A stretch of 64,000 bases of DNA from Thermoplasmata archaeon (GCA_050749685.1 JBOGRS010000002.1:3881-67880); one strand, 5' to 3'. Shown: positions 53,074-63,415, numbered from the stretch's first letter. Notes: generated by a model not told the origin, from the letters alone. Numbers and translations: made by a program.

Positions 53074-53937
53074 ATGGCCGGCGGAAGGGGCGACGTGACG
53101 GGGCTGAGCGAAGCACAGATCCTCGCCCTTGGAGCGTTCGCGGGTTTCACGATCTTTCTCGGGCTCGCCTTCGGGCTACGCCGAAGCTCCTCCGCCGGTG
53201 CGCGCGCCTTCCTGAGCGCGCTGGCGGGCGGGATCCTGCTCTTCCTCTTCTACGACGTCCTCAAGAACGCCAACGAGATCATCAATCCGCTGATTCCGGC
53301 GCAGGGAGGGAGCAACGGCCCCCTCGCCCTCGCCTACATCGCGATCCTGCTCGTCGGCTGGAGCGTCGGGTTCCTTTCGCTCGCCGGTTTCGAAAGGGCG
53401 TACTACGCCCGCCTCGCACGGGCAAGTCCCACGTCCGTGTCCTCCTCACCGACGACGGGGGATGTCGCACGCCACGGAATCGATCCGCTCGCGATCTCGA
53501 TGATGATCGCGATCGGGATCGGCCTCCACAACTTCTCGGAAGGTCTCGCGATCGGGACGGCGTACGCGGGCGGGGCCGTCGCGGCCGGCACGGTCCTCGT
53601 GATCGGATTCGCCGCGCACAACTCGACCGAGGGGTTCGGCATCCTCGGTCCCGGCATGCTCGCCGCCCGCAGCTACTCCGGTCGCCGACTCCTCGTGCTC
53701 GGATTGGTCGGAGGGGGACCGACCTTCCTCGGGACGATGGCCGGGAGCCTCGTCTATTCGGCTCCGCTTTCTATCCTGTTCTATGGGATGGCGGCCGGTG
53801 CGATCGTCTACGTCGTGCTCGAGATGGTGCGGCCGATGATGGTGCTCGCGACCCGCAGCTACGCGTGGATCGGCGTGGTCCTCGGCTTCATCCTGGGGTT
53901 CGCCACCGACGCGATCGTGACGTTCGGCGGAGGATGA
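53074..53937 (+). CDS. ZIP family metal (zinc/iron) transporter
   Basis: GIGLHNFSEGLAIG and HNSTEGFGI are the ZIP TM4/TM5 metal-binding signatures. Eight TM helices. Confidence 0.85.
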   Translation: MAGGRGDVTGLSEAQILALGAFAGFTIFLGLAFGLRRSSSAGARAFLSALAGGILLFLFYDVLKNANEIINPLIPAQGGSNGPLALAYIAILLVGWSVGFLSLAGFERAYYARLARASPTSVSSSPTTGDVARHGIDPLAISMMIAIGIGLHNFSEGLAIGTAYAGGAVAAGTVLVIGFAAHNSTEGFGILGPGMLAARSYSGRRLLVLGLVGGGPTFLGTMAGSLVYSAPLSILFYGMAAGAIVYVVLEMVRPMMVLATRSYAWIGVVLGFILGFATDAIVTFGGG

Positions 53938-54046
53938 TCCGCACGGCTCTCCCCGTCCCGTCGGTGGGCGGCGCGCCCGCCGGACGATCTCCCGGGCCAT
54001 CGTCTCGCCAGCGCGATGTTTATCCTGACGATGTGATTCCGCCGAC

Positions 54047-54919
54047 ATGGCCCTCGTACGCCGGGTGACCGTTCGGGGCAATCGGTCGTTCGAGTACGTC
54101 TCGAAGGGGAGAGGGCCGGCCACCCTCCTCGTCCACCCCGGCGGTCCCGGGATGACCTACCACTACCTCCGCGGCCTCCTCCAGCTCGCGACGACGCACC
54201 TTCGGGTGATCCTGTTCAACCCTCGCGGCGTGGGGAAGTCCTGGACTCCGGCCCGAACGAACGCGTACACGGTCCCGAACCTCGCGGAGGACGTCGAGGC
54301 CCTGCGCGCCGCCTTCGACATCGACGAACTGCATCTCCTCGGGTACTCCGCGGGTGGGTTCGTCGCCCTCGAGTACGCCCACCGCTATCAGAAGAACCTC
54401 ACCTCCTTGCTCCTCGCGGCGACCGCCGGGAGCGCGGCCGAGGTCCGTCAGGCCAACCGATTGATCCGCGAGCACGCCACGCCCCCCCAGCACCGCCGAC
54501 TCGTCGAGCTCGAGCGCGCGCGCAAGTTCGACTCGAAGGAGTACGCCGAGCTCACCGAGGAGATCGCGCGACCGTTCGCCCGTCGGTTCCTGATGGGCAC
54601 GCCGGGCGATCTCAAGGCGACCAAGACCCACGCGGTCGTCTACCGCACGATGATGACGCGCACCGGGGACGAGTTCGCGTTGGATGGGACGATCGCCCGT
54701 TGGGACGGTCAGAAGTACTACTCGAAGATCGAGGTGCCGACGCTCGTCCTCGTCGGCCGCTACGACTTCTTCCTCGAAGCGTCCCGGGAGATGGCGGACC
54801 GCATCGTGCCGGCGCACCTTCGGGTCCTGCCGCAGAGCAGCCACCTCGCCATCCTCGAGCAGCCGAGAGAGTTCCTGAAGACGATCCGCGAGTTCCTCGT
54901 GGACGTGACGGGCGACTGA
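54047..54919 (+). CDS. alpha/beta hydrolase (proline iminopeptidase-like)
   Basis: Nucleophile elbow GYSAGG. HPGGPG oxyanion region. Confidence 0.8.
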   Translation: MALVRRVTVRGNRSFEYVSKGRGPATLLVHPGGPGMTYHYLRGLLQLATTHLRVILFNPRGVGKSWTPARTNAYTVPNLAEDVEALRAAFDIDELHLLGYSAGGFVALEYAHRYQKNLTSLLLAATAGSAAEVRQANRLIREHATPPQHRRLVELERARKFDSKEYAELTEEIARPFARRFLMGTPGDLKATKTHAVVYRTMMTRTGDEFALDGTIARWDGQKYYSKIEVPTLVLVGRYDFFLEASREMADRIVPAHLRVLPQSSHLAILEQPREFLKTIREFLVDVTGD

Positions 54920-54988
54920 AGCCCGCCGCCGGGGGGGCCACCCCCAGCATCCCCTTAAATCACGGGTCGCGCCATCGCCCCACCGCCG

Positions 54989-56233
54989 ATGGCCCTGCTC
55001 ACGCCCGACGACACCCTCGTCCTGCTCGAGGTGTTCATCTTCCTCGCCCTCGCCCAGGTCGTCCACACGCTCACGAGCCGCATCGGCCTTCCCGAGATCG
55101 TCGCGGACCTTCTGGTCGGCATGACCCTCGGCGTCTACGCGCTCGGGGGGACCCTCGACGGCTGGCTCGGCGTCCCGCTGTTTCAGCAAGGGTCGGGGCT
55201 CCTCCTGTTCGCCGACCTCTCGGCGATCCTCCTCCTCTTCGTGGCCGGACTCGGAGGAGGATTCTCGTCGCTGCGCCGTGCCGGCCGATACGCCGTCGCG
55301 GCGGCCATCGCCGGAGACCTCGTCCCGTTCGGCCTCGTCTTCCTCCTCATGTCGAGGATCTATCCGCTCGACGCCGCGCTCCTCATCGCGGTCGCCGCGG
55401 CCGCGACGAGCGCCGCGGTCGCGGCGTCGCTCATCCAGAGCGCCCGTCTGACCCACGCTCACGGCGCGCAGTTCCTGATGAACGTCGCCGCGCTCGACGA
55501 CGTGGTCGCCCTGGTTCTCCTCTCCGTCGTCCTCGCGACGTTCGGGGGCGAGCTCAACGTGCTCGACATCGCCCGTAGCGCGACCTTGTCGGTGGCGGGA
55601 TGGCTCGTCCTCCTCCTCGTCGCGGTCGTCGTCGTGCCACGCCTCTTGCGGGTACGCGTGCTCCGCGAGGTCGAGAACCTGCCGTTCGCGCTCCTGTTCG
55701 TCGTGATCGCCGTCGTCCTCGCCCTCGGGTTCTCGCCGATCGTCGGTGCGTACATCGCCGGCCTCGCCGTCGCCGAGAGCGTCGTCGCCCAACGTACCCG
55801 CCGCACTGCCGGAGTGATGCTGATGGTGTTCGGCGCGCTCTTCTTCGTCGTCGTCGGCTCCGAGTTCAACGTGCACTTGCTCACGGACCCGACCCTCCTC
55901 ATCGCGGCCCTGGCGATCGCGGTCATCGCGGCGCTCGGAAAGGTGGTCGGGGTCTATCCGTTCGCCCGGGTGCGTCTCGGGACGATGCCCCCCGCCCGGG
56001 CCGTCGCCGTCGGCATGATCCCCCGCGGCGAGATCGGCCTCATCGTCGGAGGGATCGGCCTCTCCACGGGCGTCCTCACCCAGGAGATGTTCGGCGAGGT
56101 GATCCTGATGGCCGTCGTCACGACGCTCGCGGGCGCGCTCCTGTTCCGGCGCTATGCGGGGGCGCTCGGACCGCCGTCCGAAGAGCTGCTCGAGAGCTCC
56201 GCGCGTCCTCACGGGACCGCCCCGGGGCGATGA
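54989..56233 (+). CDS. cation:proton antiporter (CPA1/CPA2 Na+/H+ exchanger family)
   Basis: Eleven or more TM helices and conserved Asp-containing TM segments typical of Kef/NhaP-type exchangers. Confidence 0.8.
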   Translation: MALLTPDDTLVLLEVFIFLALAQVVHTLTSRIGLPEIVADLLVGMTLGVYALGGTLDGWLGVPLFQQGSGLLLFADLSAILLLFVAGLGGGFSSLRRAGRYAVAAAIAGDLVPFGLVFLLMSRIYPLDAALLIAVAAAATSAAVAASLIQSARLTHAHGAQFLMNVAALDDVVALVLLSVVLATFGGELNVLDIARSATLSVAGWLVLLLVAVVVVPRLLRVRVLREVENLPFALLFVVIAVVLALGFSPIVGAYIAGLAVAESVVAQRTRRTAGVMLMVFGALFFVVVGSEFNVHLLTDPTLLIAALAIAVIAALGKVVGVYPFARVRLGTMPPARAVAVGMIPRGEIGLIVGGIGLSTGVLTQEMFGEVILMAVVTTLAGALLFRRYAGALGPPSEELLESSARPHGTAPGR

Positions 56234-56276
56234 GTCGGATCGGCCCGCCGCGCCCGGTTCGTACGAACGGGGTTTA

Positions 56277-57002
56277 ATGCCGCGCGCCCCACCGGCCGTC
56301 GTTTCGGGAGCCCACGTGGACGCGGAAGCGATGGTCATCGCGGGATCGCTCGCCGGCCTCTTCCTCCTGCTCGCCACGTTGACGGTCCGTGGCTTCCTCA
56401 AGTTCGGCCGGAGCCGGCGTCGCGTCGATCTCGCGTGGGCCGCGGGCATTGCCCTCGCGGCCGCGGCGATGGCCGTCGAGCTCGTCGTCTTTCTGGGTGT
56501 CGTTTCGAGCCCGATCCTCCAGGCCTACGTCTTCTTCTCCGCCGCGATCGTCGGCGTCCTCTCGCTCGGAGCGACCCGCGTTCTCCGTAGCCCCCGCCTC
56601 GAGAGCGCGTACACGGCGTGGACGCTCGCGACCTGCGCCGTCACCGGCTTCTTTAGTGCGATCACACCGCTTCCCGCCACGATGGTGTCGCAGGGGATCA
56701 TCACCGGCAACCCGCCGGTCCTGCTCCTCGTCGTCTCCTCGCTCGTCACCGGACCCGCGACGATCGTCCTGGTCGCCGCGTCGATCCTCGCCCTCCGCCG
56801 TTCCTGGAGGTGGCAGACACTCCTGCTCGTGGGGGGTGCCCTCGTCCTCGGCGCGGGCGGCACGCTTTACATCGCGTCGTTCCCGGTCGCGCTCTACTAT
56901 GCCGAGTTCTTCGGGATCATCCTGCTCTTCCTCGGCCTGATCAGCCTCCCCCAACCGACGGCCGCGCCCTCGGCGACGGGGACGCTGGCGGGCGCCGAAT
57001 AG
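56277..57002 (+). CDS. hypothetical membrane protein
   Basis: Six hydrophobic helices. ATG at 56277; an ATG at 56331 is an alternative start. Confidence 0.5.
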   Translation: MPRAPPAVVSGAHVDAEAMVIAGSLAGLFLLLATLTVRGFLKFGRSRRRVDLAWAAGIALAAAAMAVELVVFLGVVSSPILQAYVFFSAAIVGVLSLGATRVLRSPRLESAYTAWTLATCAVTGFFSAITPLPATMVSQGIITGNPPVLLLVVSSLVTGPATIVLVAASILALRRSWRWQTLLLVGGALVLGAGGTLYIASFPVALYYAEFFGIILLFLGLISLPQPTAAPSATGTLAGAE

Positions 57003-57047
57003 GTCGGGGCGGCGCGCGGAGAACGTTCCCTCCGAGGGGGGGGCCCG

Positions 57048-57584
57048 TCACGGGGGCGACGTGCGCGTCCAGCGCATCTCGTGCACGACCTCGCCGTCCG
57101 CGTGGCCCAAGGGGTCCACCCGTCCCGTCGCGACCAAGCCGCAGCGACGATAGAGGCGGACGGCGGCAACGTGCCCCGGATGGACTCCCAGGACGACCTC
57201 GGCCGACGGTGCGACGTCGCCGGCCCAGGCGAGAAGGTTCGCGAGAAGCTCCCGGCCCACGCCCTGTCCGCGGACCTCGGGCGTCACCCACATGCCCCAG
57301 ACGTGGAAGCGGTCCTCCTGCCAGAAGAGCCCCGCCATGCCGACGAACCCACCGTCGGACGCTTCGGCCACCCAAATGGTGTCCCTTGAGGAGACGGAGG
57401 ATCGACGTGCGATCTCCTGCCACTCACCGGCGCTCCGTGGGGATTCTCGCGCCCATGTGCTCCCGAACGCGAGCGGATCGGACGCGAGCGCCTCGAGGCG
57501 GATTTCCCGCAACTCGAGCCCATCGTCCGGCCCAACCCGCCGGCACCGGGTCGCGGGACCGCGTGACGCCTCCCACCCCCTCAC
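57048..57584 (-). CDS. GNAT family N-acetyltransferase
   Basis: The acetyl-CoA binding motif region [11 protein letters not shown] is present. Confidence 0.8.
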   Translation of the reverse strand: MRGWEASRGPATRCRRVGPDDGLELREIRLEALASDPLAFGSTWARESPRSAGEWQEIARRSSVSSRDTIWVAEASDGGFVGMAGLFWQEDRFHVWGMWVTPEVRGQGVGRELLANLLAWAGDVAPSAEVVLGVHPGHVAAVRLYRRCGLVATGRVDPLGHADGEVVHEMRWTRTSPP

Positions 57585-57727
57585 GCTCGTTCGTCCCGGG
57601 CTCCCGCAGGGCCCGGATCGCCCTTCGTACGTCCGGCCCCAGGCGACGCAAAAGGGTAAATACAGTGCGTCGAGTGGGCGGGCCCTTGCCGGCCGCAGTT
57701 CTGTCCGCGGCCCCGAGTGGTGAACCA

Positions 57728-57943
57728 GTGACGGGCTCCGGTTCCACGGTCGCCCGGGGCGTCATCGAGTACACCCGCTTCGAACGGGCCCGGATCCTCG
57801 GGGCGCGGGCCCTCCAGATCTCGCTCGGAGCACCGATCTTGATCGAGGTGCCCACGTCGCTCATCGACCCCGTCGCCATCGCCGAGGCGGAGTTCGCCGC
57901 CAACATGATCCCGATGACCGTTCGCCGCGGCGCCGCGCGCTAG
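57728..57943 (+). CDS. rpoK: DNA-directed RNA polymerase subunit K (Rpo6/RpoK)
   Basis: [27 protein letters not shown]...IAEAEF...IPMTVRRG is the Rpb6/RpoK core. GTG at 57728 has an SD-like GGTGA 8 nt upstream. An in-frame TTG at 57686 coincides with the TSS predicted from an upstream TATA element. Confidence 0.6.
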   Translation: MTGSGSTVARGVIEYTRFERARILGARALQISLGAPILIEVPTSLIDPVAIAEAEFAANMIPMTVRRGAAR

Positions 57944-57963
57944 GCGCCGGTCGCGACGCCGTC

Positions 57964-58755
57964 TCACAGCGCCGCGTCGTCGAGCGCGCGGGCGCACGCG
58001 CACTCGATCGGGCCGTCGAGTCGGGGAAGAAGGAGCGATAGCGTCGACCGCATTCGGGTGGAGTTGCGGCGCACGACCTCGGCGATCGTCCTGGCGTCCA
58101 CCGGTCGCTCCGCCCACACATCGAAGTCCGTGACCATCGCGAGACACAGGTAGCACAGCCCCCGTTCGCGCGCGAGGGTGACCTCGGGGACGAGCGTCAT
58201 CCCGATCACGTCCGCGAACGAGCGGAAGTACTTCGACTCGGCCCGGGTCGAGAATCGTGGGCCCTCGACGCAGACGTACGTCTTCCCCGGGACGAAGGGG
58301 GTCCCGGCGGCGTCGCCCATCATGACCGCCGCTCGCGTGAGGTCGGGGCAGAACGGATCGGCGAGCGACACATGGTAGACCTTCCCTCCATCGAAGAAGG
58401 TGGTCGGCCGTTGCTTCGTGAGATCGACGAACTGCGACGGAAGGACGAAGGTCCCCGGGGGAAGGTCGGGCTGCAGGGAGCCCACCGAACTCACGGTGAC
58501 GATCGCCTCGGCGCCGAGCGCACGCAGCGCGTCGACGTTCGCGCGGTAGTTGACCCGATGCGGCGGGATCGAGTGCCCGGGCCCGTGCCGCGGAAGGAAG
58601 AGGATCTTGAGGTTCCCGACCTTCCCCTCCCGGATCGGGCCGGACGGCGCGCCCCAGGGGGTCGCGACCTCATGGAGGGTGGATTCCACGCCGTCGAAGA
58701 TCTCGGTGATGCCCGAGCCCCCGATGACCCCGATCGTCCGTCGCACGTTCGTCAT
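57964..58755 (-). CDS. mtaP: S-methyl-5'-thioadenosine phosphorylase
   Basis: ATG at 58755 (MTNVRRTIGVIGGSG). PNP/MTAP family motifs are present. ATGA overlap with the translin gene stop. Confidence 0.9.
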   Translation of the reverse strand: MTNVRRTIGVIGGSGITEIFDGVESTLHEVATPWGAPSGPIREGKVGNLKILFLPRHGPGHSIPPHRVNYRANVDALRALGAEAIVTVSSVGSLQPDLPPGTFVLPSQFVDLTKQRPTTFFDGGKVYHVSLADPFCPDLTRAAVMMGDAAGTPFVPGKTYVCVEGPRFSTRAESKYFRSFADVIGMTLVPEVTLARERGLCYLCLAMVTDFDVWAERPVDARTIAEVVRRNSTRMRSTLSLLLPRLDGPIECACARALDDAAL

Positions 58756-59348
58756 GGGTGCTCGGAGGGCGCCGAAGGGGGAGCGAGGCGCGCCCGGTAA
58801 AGGAGACGGGCCATCGTCACCTCGCCGCGGGTGCGTTCCAGGATCGCGCGCGCGGCGTCCTGCTTCGGCTTGAGCGACACGATGCTGCGGGTGGTGTCGA
58901 AGCGCATCAGCGTCCGGTAGAGCTGGTCCATGAGGTGGACGTAGCGTTCCGCGGCGTCGACCTCGCCCGCGGCGAGCCGGTGGAGCGCGAGGCGTCGCAC
59001 CTCCCCGACGACGTCGCCCAGCCCGAGAAGATAGACCTCGGGCGCGACGCCGAGCGCGTCCGGGCCCGGGAGCGGCCCCGGGGCGACGATCCCGCCCAGG
59101 AGGCACGCCTCGACCCCCTCCTGGAGCGCATCCTGGACGATCCCCTCGTCGCTGCGTGCCTCGCCCGCGATGGCGCTAGCGAGGGCGCGGGTGCCGTTAC
59201 GCACCTGGGCGATCTCGGCCACGACATCACGGCCCTCGTGAAGGTGGACCATCGCGCCCTGGGCGGTCCGACGCAGCTGGCGCGCCCTTTGGTAGAGTTC
59301 GTCCCGGCGCACCTCACGCTGGCGCAAGTGCGCCTCGATCGCGGTCAC
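58752..59348 (-). CDS. translin family protein
   Basis: EVYLLGLGDVVGEVRRLAL...ERYVHLMDQLYRTLMRFD...LKPKQD matches the translin C-terminal core. GTG start at 59348; the ATG at 59420 would overlap the DUF357 gene by 41 nt. Confidence 0.6.
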   Translation of the reverse strand: MTAIEAHLRQREVRRDELYQRARQLRRTAQGAMVHLHEGRDVVAEIAQVRNGTRALASAIAGEARSDEGIVQDALQEGVEACLLGGIVAPGPLPGPDALGVAPEVYLLGLGDVVGEVRRLALHRLAAGEVDAAERYVHLMDQLYRTLMRFDTTRSIVSLKPKQDAARAILERTRGEVTMARLLYRARLAPPSAPSEHP

Positions 59349-59379
59349 GACCTCCTCGGCGACGGGGGGGTCCGGGGGT

Positions 59380-59664
59380 TCACCGGAACGGGGTGAACCG
59401 GACGTTATCGCCCCCTCCATCGAGGAGCCCCAGGCGGACCCCGGCGTCCAGCCAGGCGTGCGCGTAGCTCGCTGCGGCGAGGGCGCGCTCGAGGTCGCCC
59501 TGCTCGCGGAAGTGACGCGCGTCCGCCAGGTACGCGCGCGCCATGCCAAGGAAGTCCTCGGAGGCCCCGACGAGGAACGAGTTCTGGGGCGGGGCGACCG
59601 TGACGCGCTCGAGCGCCTCCGCCGTCAGTCGGAGGTACTTCTCGAGGAGGGGTTCGTCGGGCAC
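59380..59664 (-). CDS. DUF357 family protein
   Basis: LEKYLRLTAEALERVTVAPPQNSFL...FLGMARAYLADARHFREQGDLERALAAASYAHAWLDAGVRLGL is a close match to archaeal DUF357. Confidence 0.7.
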   Translation of the reverse strand: MPDEPLLEKYLRLTAEALERVTVAPPQNSFLVGASEDFLGMARAYLADARHFREQGDLERALAAASYAHAWLDAGVRLGLLDGGGDNVRFTPFR

Positions 59665-59733
59665 GGCCGGTGGAACGGTGCGACGCCGGTCCGCGATATA
59701 ACCGCGGTGCCGGGGCGCTCTCGGGGCCCGGCC

Positions 59734-60393
59734 TCACGCCTTCGGGACCTTCTCCCAGTCCTTGAGGAAGCGCGCGAGGCCGAGGTCGGTGAGCGGGTGA
59801 TGGGCCAGCTTCTCCATGACCGAGAAGGGCATGGTCGCGATGTCCGCGCCGATCTTGGCGGCATCGAGCACGTGCACCGGATGGCGGACCGACGCGACCA
59901 AGACCTGGGTCGGGTAGCGGTAGTTCCGGTAGATCTGCACGATGTCGCGGATGAGCTCCATACCGTCCTGCCCCTGGTCGTCGAGCCGTCCGATGAATGG
60001 GCTCACGTACGTCGCGCCCACCTTGGCCGCGAGGAGGGCCTGGTTGGCCGAGAATACGAGGGTCATGTTGACCCGAGTCCCCTCCGACGCGAGGATCTTC
60101 GTCGCGGCGAGCCCGGCCGGGGTCATCGGGACCTTCACGTAGATCGACGGGTGAAGACCGCGAAGGTGGCGTCCTTCGGTGAGCATCGTGGCCACCTCGG
60201 TACCGACGACCTCGGCGGAGACCGACGGCACCCCGAGCGCACAGATCTCACGGAGGACGTCCTCGAACTTGCGGCCCTCCTTGGCGACGAGGGAAGGATT
60301 GGTCGTCACCCCGTCCAGGATGCCGACCTCCCACATCGTTCGGATCTCCGCGATGCTCGCCGTGTCCAGGAAGAGCTTCACCCGCTTGACCAC
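59734..60393 (-). CDS. tal: transaldolase (short Fsa/TalC type)
   Basis: [11 protein letters not shown]...GVTTNPSL and the Schiff-base Lys region YVKVPMT. Confidence 0.9.
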   Translation of the reverse strand: MVKRVKLFLDTASIAEIRTMWEVGILDGVTTNPSLVAKEGRKFEDVLREICALGVPSVSAEVVGTEVATMLTEGRHLRGLHPSIYVKVPMTPAGLAATKILASEGTRVNMTLVFSANQALLAAKVGATYVSPFIGRLDDQGQDGMELIRDIVQIYRNYRYPTQVLVASVRHPVHVLDAAKIGADIATMPFSVMEKLAHHPLTDLGLARFLKDWEKVPKA

Positions 60394-60424
60394 CCCTTGA
60401 TCGTTCCGCCCTACCGCCGACCGG

Positions 60425-61396
60425 CTACTGAACCTTGCCCCTCAGGGCGAGGAGCTCCCAGGCTTCCTCGAGGGCGTGCTCCTTCGAGAGGCCGTACGTG
60501 TCCATGAGGGCCCACGGATCGCCCGACTCGCCGAAGACGTCCGGGACTCCGACCCTCCGCACCGGGACCGGGTAGTTCTCCGAGGTCGCCGAGGCGACCA
60601 TGCTCCCGATCCCCGTGAGGACGGTGTGCTCCTCCATCGTGAGGATCGCACCGGTGTCGCGGGCGGCGCGCAGGATCGCCTTCGCATCGAACGGCTTGAC
60701 GCTCGCGAGGTCGAGGACGCGGGCCTCGACGCCGACCCGGTGGAGCTCCTCGGCCACGTCGAGCGCACGCGCGACGAGGGCGCCGACGGCCACGATCGTG
60801 AGGTCCGACCCTCCCCGGAGCTCCGCCGCGCGGCCCAACACGAAGCTCCCGTCGGTGACGACGGGGAGGTTCTCGCGAGTCAGGCGGACGTAGGCGGGAC
60901 CGTCGAACGAGGTGATCGCGCGTACCGCCGAACGCGTCGTCGGTCCGTCGGCGGGAACGACGACGGTCATGTGGGGTAGTCCGCGCATGAGCCCGATGTC
61001 CTCGAGCATCTCGTGGGTCCCGCCGTCGCCGCCGACCAGGAGGCCCCCGTGGGTCGCGACGATCTTGACGTTCGCCTCGTTGTAGCAGATCGACTGGCGG
61101 ATCATGTTGTAGGCGTGGCCCGCCGCGAAGACGGCGAAGGTGCTGGCGAAGACCGTCCGGCCTCCGAGGGCGAGGCCGGCGGCCAGGCTCATCATTGTCG
61201 GCTCCATCACGCCGACGTTGAAGAACCGCTCGGGGTGCGCCTTGCCGAAGAGCTGGGTCCGCGTCGACCCCGAGAGGTCGGCGTCGAGGACGACGAGGCC
61301 GGGGTCCTTCGCGCCGAGCTCGACCAGCGTCTGCCCGTAGGCGTCCCGAAGGCTCTCGGTCGAGCGGGGAGCCGCCACGGAAGGGGCCTCCGCCAT
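60425..61396 (-). CDS. transketolase, C-terminal (pyrimidine-binding) subunit
   Basis: ATG at 61396 shares one nt with the upstream TGA. Transketolase pyrimidine-binding and C-terminal domains are present. Confidence 0.9.
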   Translation of the reverse strand: MAEAPSVAAPRSTESLRDAYGQTLVELGAKDPGLVVLDADLSGSTRTQLFGKAHPERFFNVGVMEPTMMSLAAGLALGGRTVFASTFAVFAAGHAYNMIRQSICYNEANVKIVATHGGLLVGGDGGTHEMLEDIGLMRGLPHMTVVVPADGPTTRSAVRAITSFDGPAYVRLTRENLPVVTDGSFVLGRAAELRGGSDLTIVAVGALVARALDVAEELHRVGVEARVLDLASVKPFDAKAILRAARDTGAILTMEEHTVLTGIGSMVASATSENYPVPVRRVGVPDVFGESGDPWALMDTYGLSKEHALEEAWELLALRGKVQ

Positions 61397-62235
61397 CAGA
61401 GGCTTCCCCCCAGCTCCGCGAGCGCCTTCTCCGCCTCGGCCCGGCTCGGCGGCTTTCCGTGGTAGACGTGCGTATTCTCCATGAAGGAGACCCCCTTGCC
61501 CTTGACCGTCCGGGCGACGATCGCGGTTGGACGGCCCTTGACCTCGCGGGCCCGGGCCAGCGCGCCCAGGATCGCCCCGAAATCGTGGCCGTCGATGACG
61601 AGGGTCTCGTAGCGGAAGGCGCGCAGCTTCTCGTCGATCGGCTCGATCCCCATGATCGACTCGGTGCTGCCGTCCGTCTCGTAGCCGTTGCGATCGAGCA
61701 GGACGACGAGGTTGTCGAGCGCGTAGTGCCCCCCGGCCAAGATCGCCTCCCACGTCGGCCCGGCCTGGGCCTCCCCGTCCCCGATGATCGCGTAGACGCG
61801 GTTCTCGCGGTGGGCGAGCCGCGCATCGAGGGCCATGCCCACGGCCATCCCGATCCCTTGGCCGAGGCAGCCGGTCGATGCCTCGATGCCCGGGAGCTTC
61901 TTTCGGTCGACGTGACCCTGGAGGCGGCTCCCGAGCTGACGGAGCGTCGCGAGCTCGGAGACCGGGAGGAAGCCGCGGTGGGCCAGGGCGGCATAGAGCG
62001 CGGGGGCGGCGTGGCCCTTGGAGAGCACGAGCCGGTCGCGTTCGTCCCAGGACGGTCGCGCGGGGTCGATCTTGAGCTCGTGGAAGACGAGTGCCGTCAC
62101 GAGGTCGGTCACCGAGAGGCTCCCTCCCGGGTGACCGCTCCCGGCGGCGAACGTCATCCGGATGATGTCGCGCCGGATCTCCTTCGCCGTCGCGGCGAGC
62201 TGGTTCACGAGGTCGGGCGGCGCGTCCGGGACCAT
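61396..62235 (-). CDS. transketolase, N-terminal (TPP-binding) subunit
   Basis: GSGHPGGSLS...GDGEAQAG TPP-binding motif. Confidence 0.9.
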   Translation of the reverse strand: MVPDAPPDLVNQLAATAKEIRRDIIRMTFAAGSGHPGGSLSVTDLVTALVFHELKIDPARPSWDERDRLVLSKGHAAPALYAALAHRGFLPVSELATLRQLGSRLQGHVDRKKLPGIEASTGCLGQGIGMAVGMALDARLAHRENRVYAIIGDGEAQAGPTWEAILAGGHYALDNLVVLLDRNGYETDGSTESIMGIEPIDEKLRAFRYETLVIDGHDFGAILGALARAREVKGRPTAIVARTVKGKGVSFMENTHVYHGKPPSRAEAEKALAELGGSL

Positions 62236-62260
62236 CGGCGGCGCGCTCAGACAGGGGAGT

Positions 62261-63187
62261 CTATTTAGGCGTTGGGCCCGAGGCCCGGCGCGAACGCGCC
62301 GCCCGCGCCGGTCGCCCGGTCGCGGGCGGCGTGGGACCGTCGGTGAGGAGGCTCCGCAAGGTCCTCAGGTCCTGCTCGTACTTCGCGTAACCCTGATCGT
62401 CGAGCGGCGTCTCGAGATACCCCGGGACCTTCGACCAGACGGGATCGTTGACGAGGGGTCGAAACCCCTCGGTGCCGATCTCCCCCGCACCGATGTTCTC
62501 GTGGCGGTCGCGGCGCGACCCGAGCGGGAGCTTCGCGTCGTTGAGGTGGAAGGCGTAAACGCTCGCCCGCCCGAGGTTGGCTTCCAGACGGTCCATCGTC
62601 GCGCCGTACGTGCTCGGCGTGCGGAAGTCGACGCCCGATGCAAAGAGGTGGCACGTATCGAGGGCCACGCCGGTGCGATCGCGCGCCCCGACCCGATCGA
62701 TCACCTCGGCGAGCTCGGCGAACGTCGTTCCCATCGCGGTCCCCTGGCCCGCGGCGTTCTCGAGGAGCACGCGGACCCGGCCCTCCGCCACCTCGGCGAA
62801 CGCTCGGGTGAGGCTCTCGACCAACACCCGGACCCCTTCGCTCGCGCCGGAGTCGAGGTGGGCCCCGGGGTGGAAGATGAGGCCGTCCACCCCGAGCTTC
62901 TCGGCGCGACGGATCTCCTCGACGAAGGCGGCGCGGGAGCGGGCGAGCATCGCGGTCTTCGGCGAGGCGAGGTTGGCGAGGTACCCGTGGTGGACCGCGG
63001 TCGCCCGGATCCCCTCGGCCCGGACGTTCGCACGGAAGGCGGCCGCGGCGTCGTCCGGGATCGCGGGTCCGTTCCACATCTGGGGACTCTTCGAGAAGAT
63101 CTGCAGGGCCTGGCCGCCGATGCGGCGCGCTTGTGCGGGCACCTCGGCGAGGCCCGCGGCGATGCCGATGTGCGCGCCCAGGTACAC
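62261..63187 (-). CDS. nfo: deoxyribonuclease IV (endonuclease IV, AP endonuclease family 2)
   Basis: Aligns along its length to Nfo (LGAHIGIAAG, FHPGAHL, LENAAGQG, DTCHLFASG, HLNDAK). The overlapping 270-aa alternative-frame ORF is rejected. Confidence 0.85.
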   Translation of the reverse strand: MYLGAHIGIAAGLAEVPAQARRIGGQALQIFSKSPQMWNGPAIPDDAAAAFRANVRAEGIRATAVHHGYLANLASPKTAMLARSRAAFVEEIRRAEKLGVDGLIFHPGAHLDSGASEGVRVLVESLTRAFAEVAEGRVRVLLENAAGQGTAMGTTFAELAEVIDRVGARDRTGVALDTCHLFASGVDFRTPSTYGATMDRLEANLGRASVYAFHLNDAKLPLGSRRDRHENIGAGEIGTEGFRPLVNDPVWSKVPGYLETPLDDQGYAKYEQDLRTLRSLLTDGPTPPATGRPARAARSRRASGPTPK

Positions 63188-63208
63188 GGCGGCGCGGACG
63201 GGGGAGCG

Positions 63209-63218
63209 GGATTTAACC
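63209..63218 (-). promoter_or_regulatory. TATA-like element for nfo (leaderless spacing)
   Basis: Minus-strand gcgGTTAAATccc is centred about 26 nt upstream of the nfo ATG at 63187. Confidence 0.35.
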
Positions 63219-63273
63219 GCTCGCCCGGCGCGAGGGTGTCCGGGGCCAGCGTGCGCTCAGGAGGTGAGGGGGA

Positions 63274-63396
63274 GGCTGACAGCTTTCCACGGTTCCCGTA
63301 GGCTCGCGCACTTCAGTACCGCGCGGAACGCCAGTGGGCTTAACTGCCGGGTTCGGAATGAGACCGGGTGTTTCCCCACCGCTTTGGCCGTCAGCC
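63274..63396 (-). rRNA. rrf: 5S ribosomal RNA, unlinked to 16S/23S
   Basis: Minus-strand RNA GGCUGACGGCC AAAGCGGUGGGGAAACACCCGGUCUCAUUCCGAACCCGGCAGUUAAGCCCACUGGCGUUCCGCGCGGUACUGAAGUGCGCGAGCCUACGGGAACCGUGGAAA GCUGUCAGCC. It contains the universal 5S blocks GGGAAACACC, CAUUCCGAAC, GUUAAGCC, GUACUG, GCGAG and ACGGGAA. A 10-bp terminal helix I closes it. Confidence 0.85.
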
Positions 63397-63415
63397 AAGA
63401 AAAGCCACCGTGCAT

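Noticed and set aside
62265-63077. 270-aa ORF in a second frame overlapping nfo.
   Set aside because: The 308-aa frame aligns along its whole length to endonuclease IV. The alternative frame is Arg/Pro-rich with no similarity.
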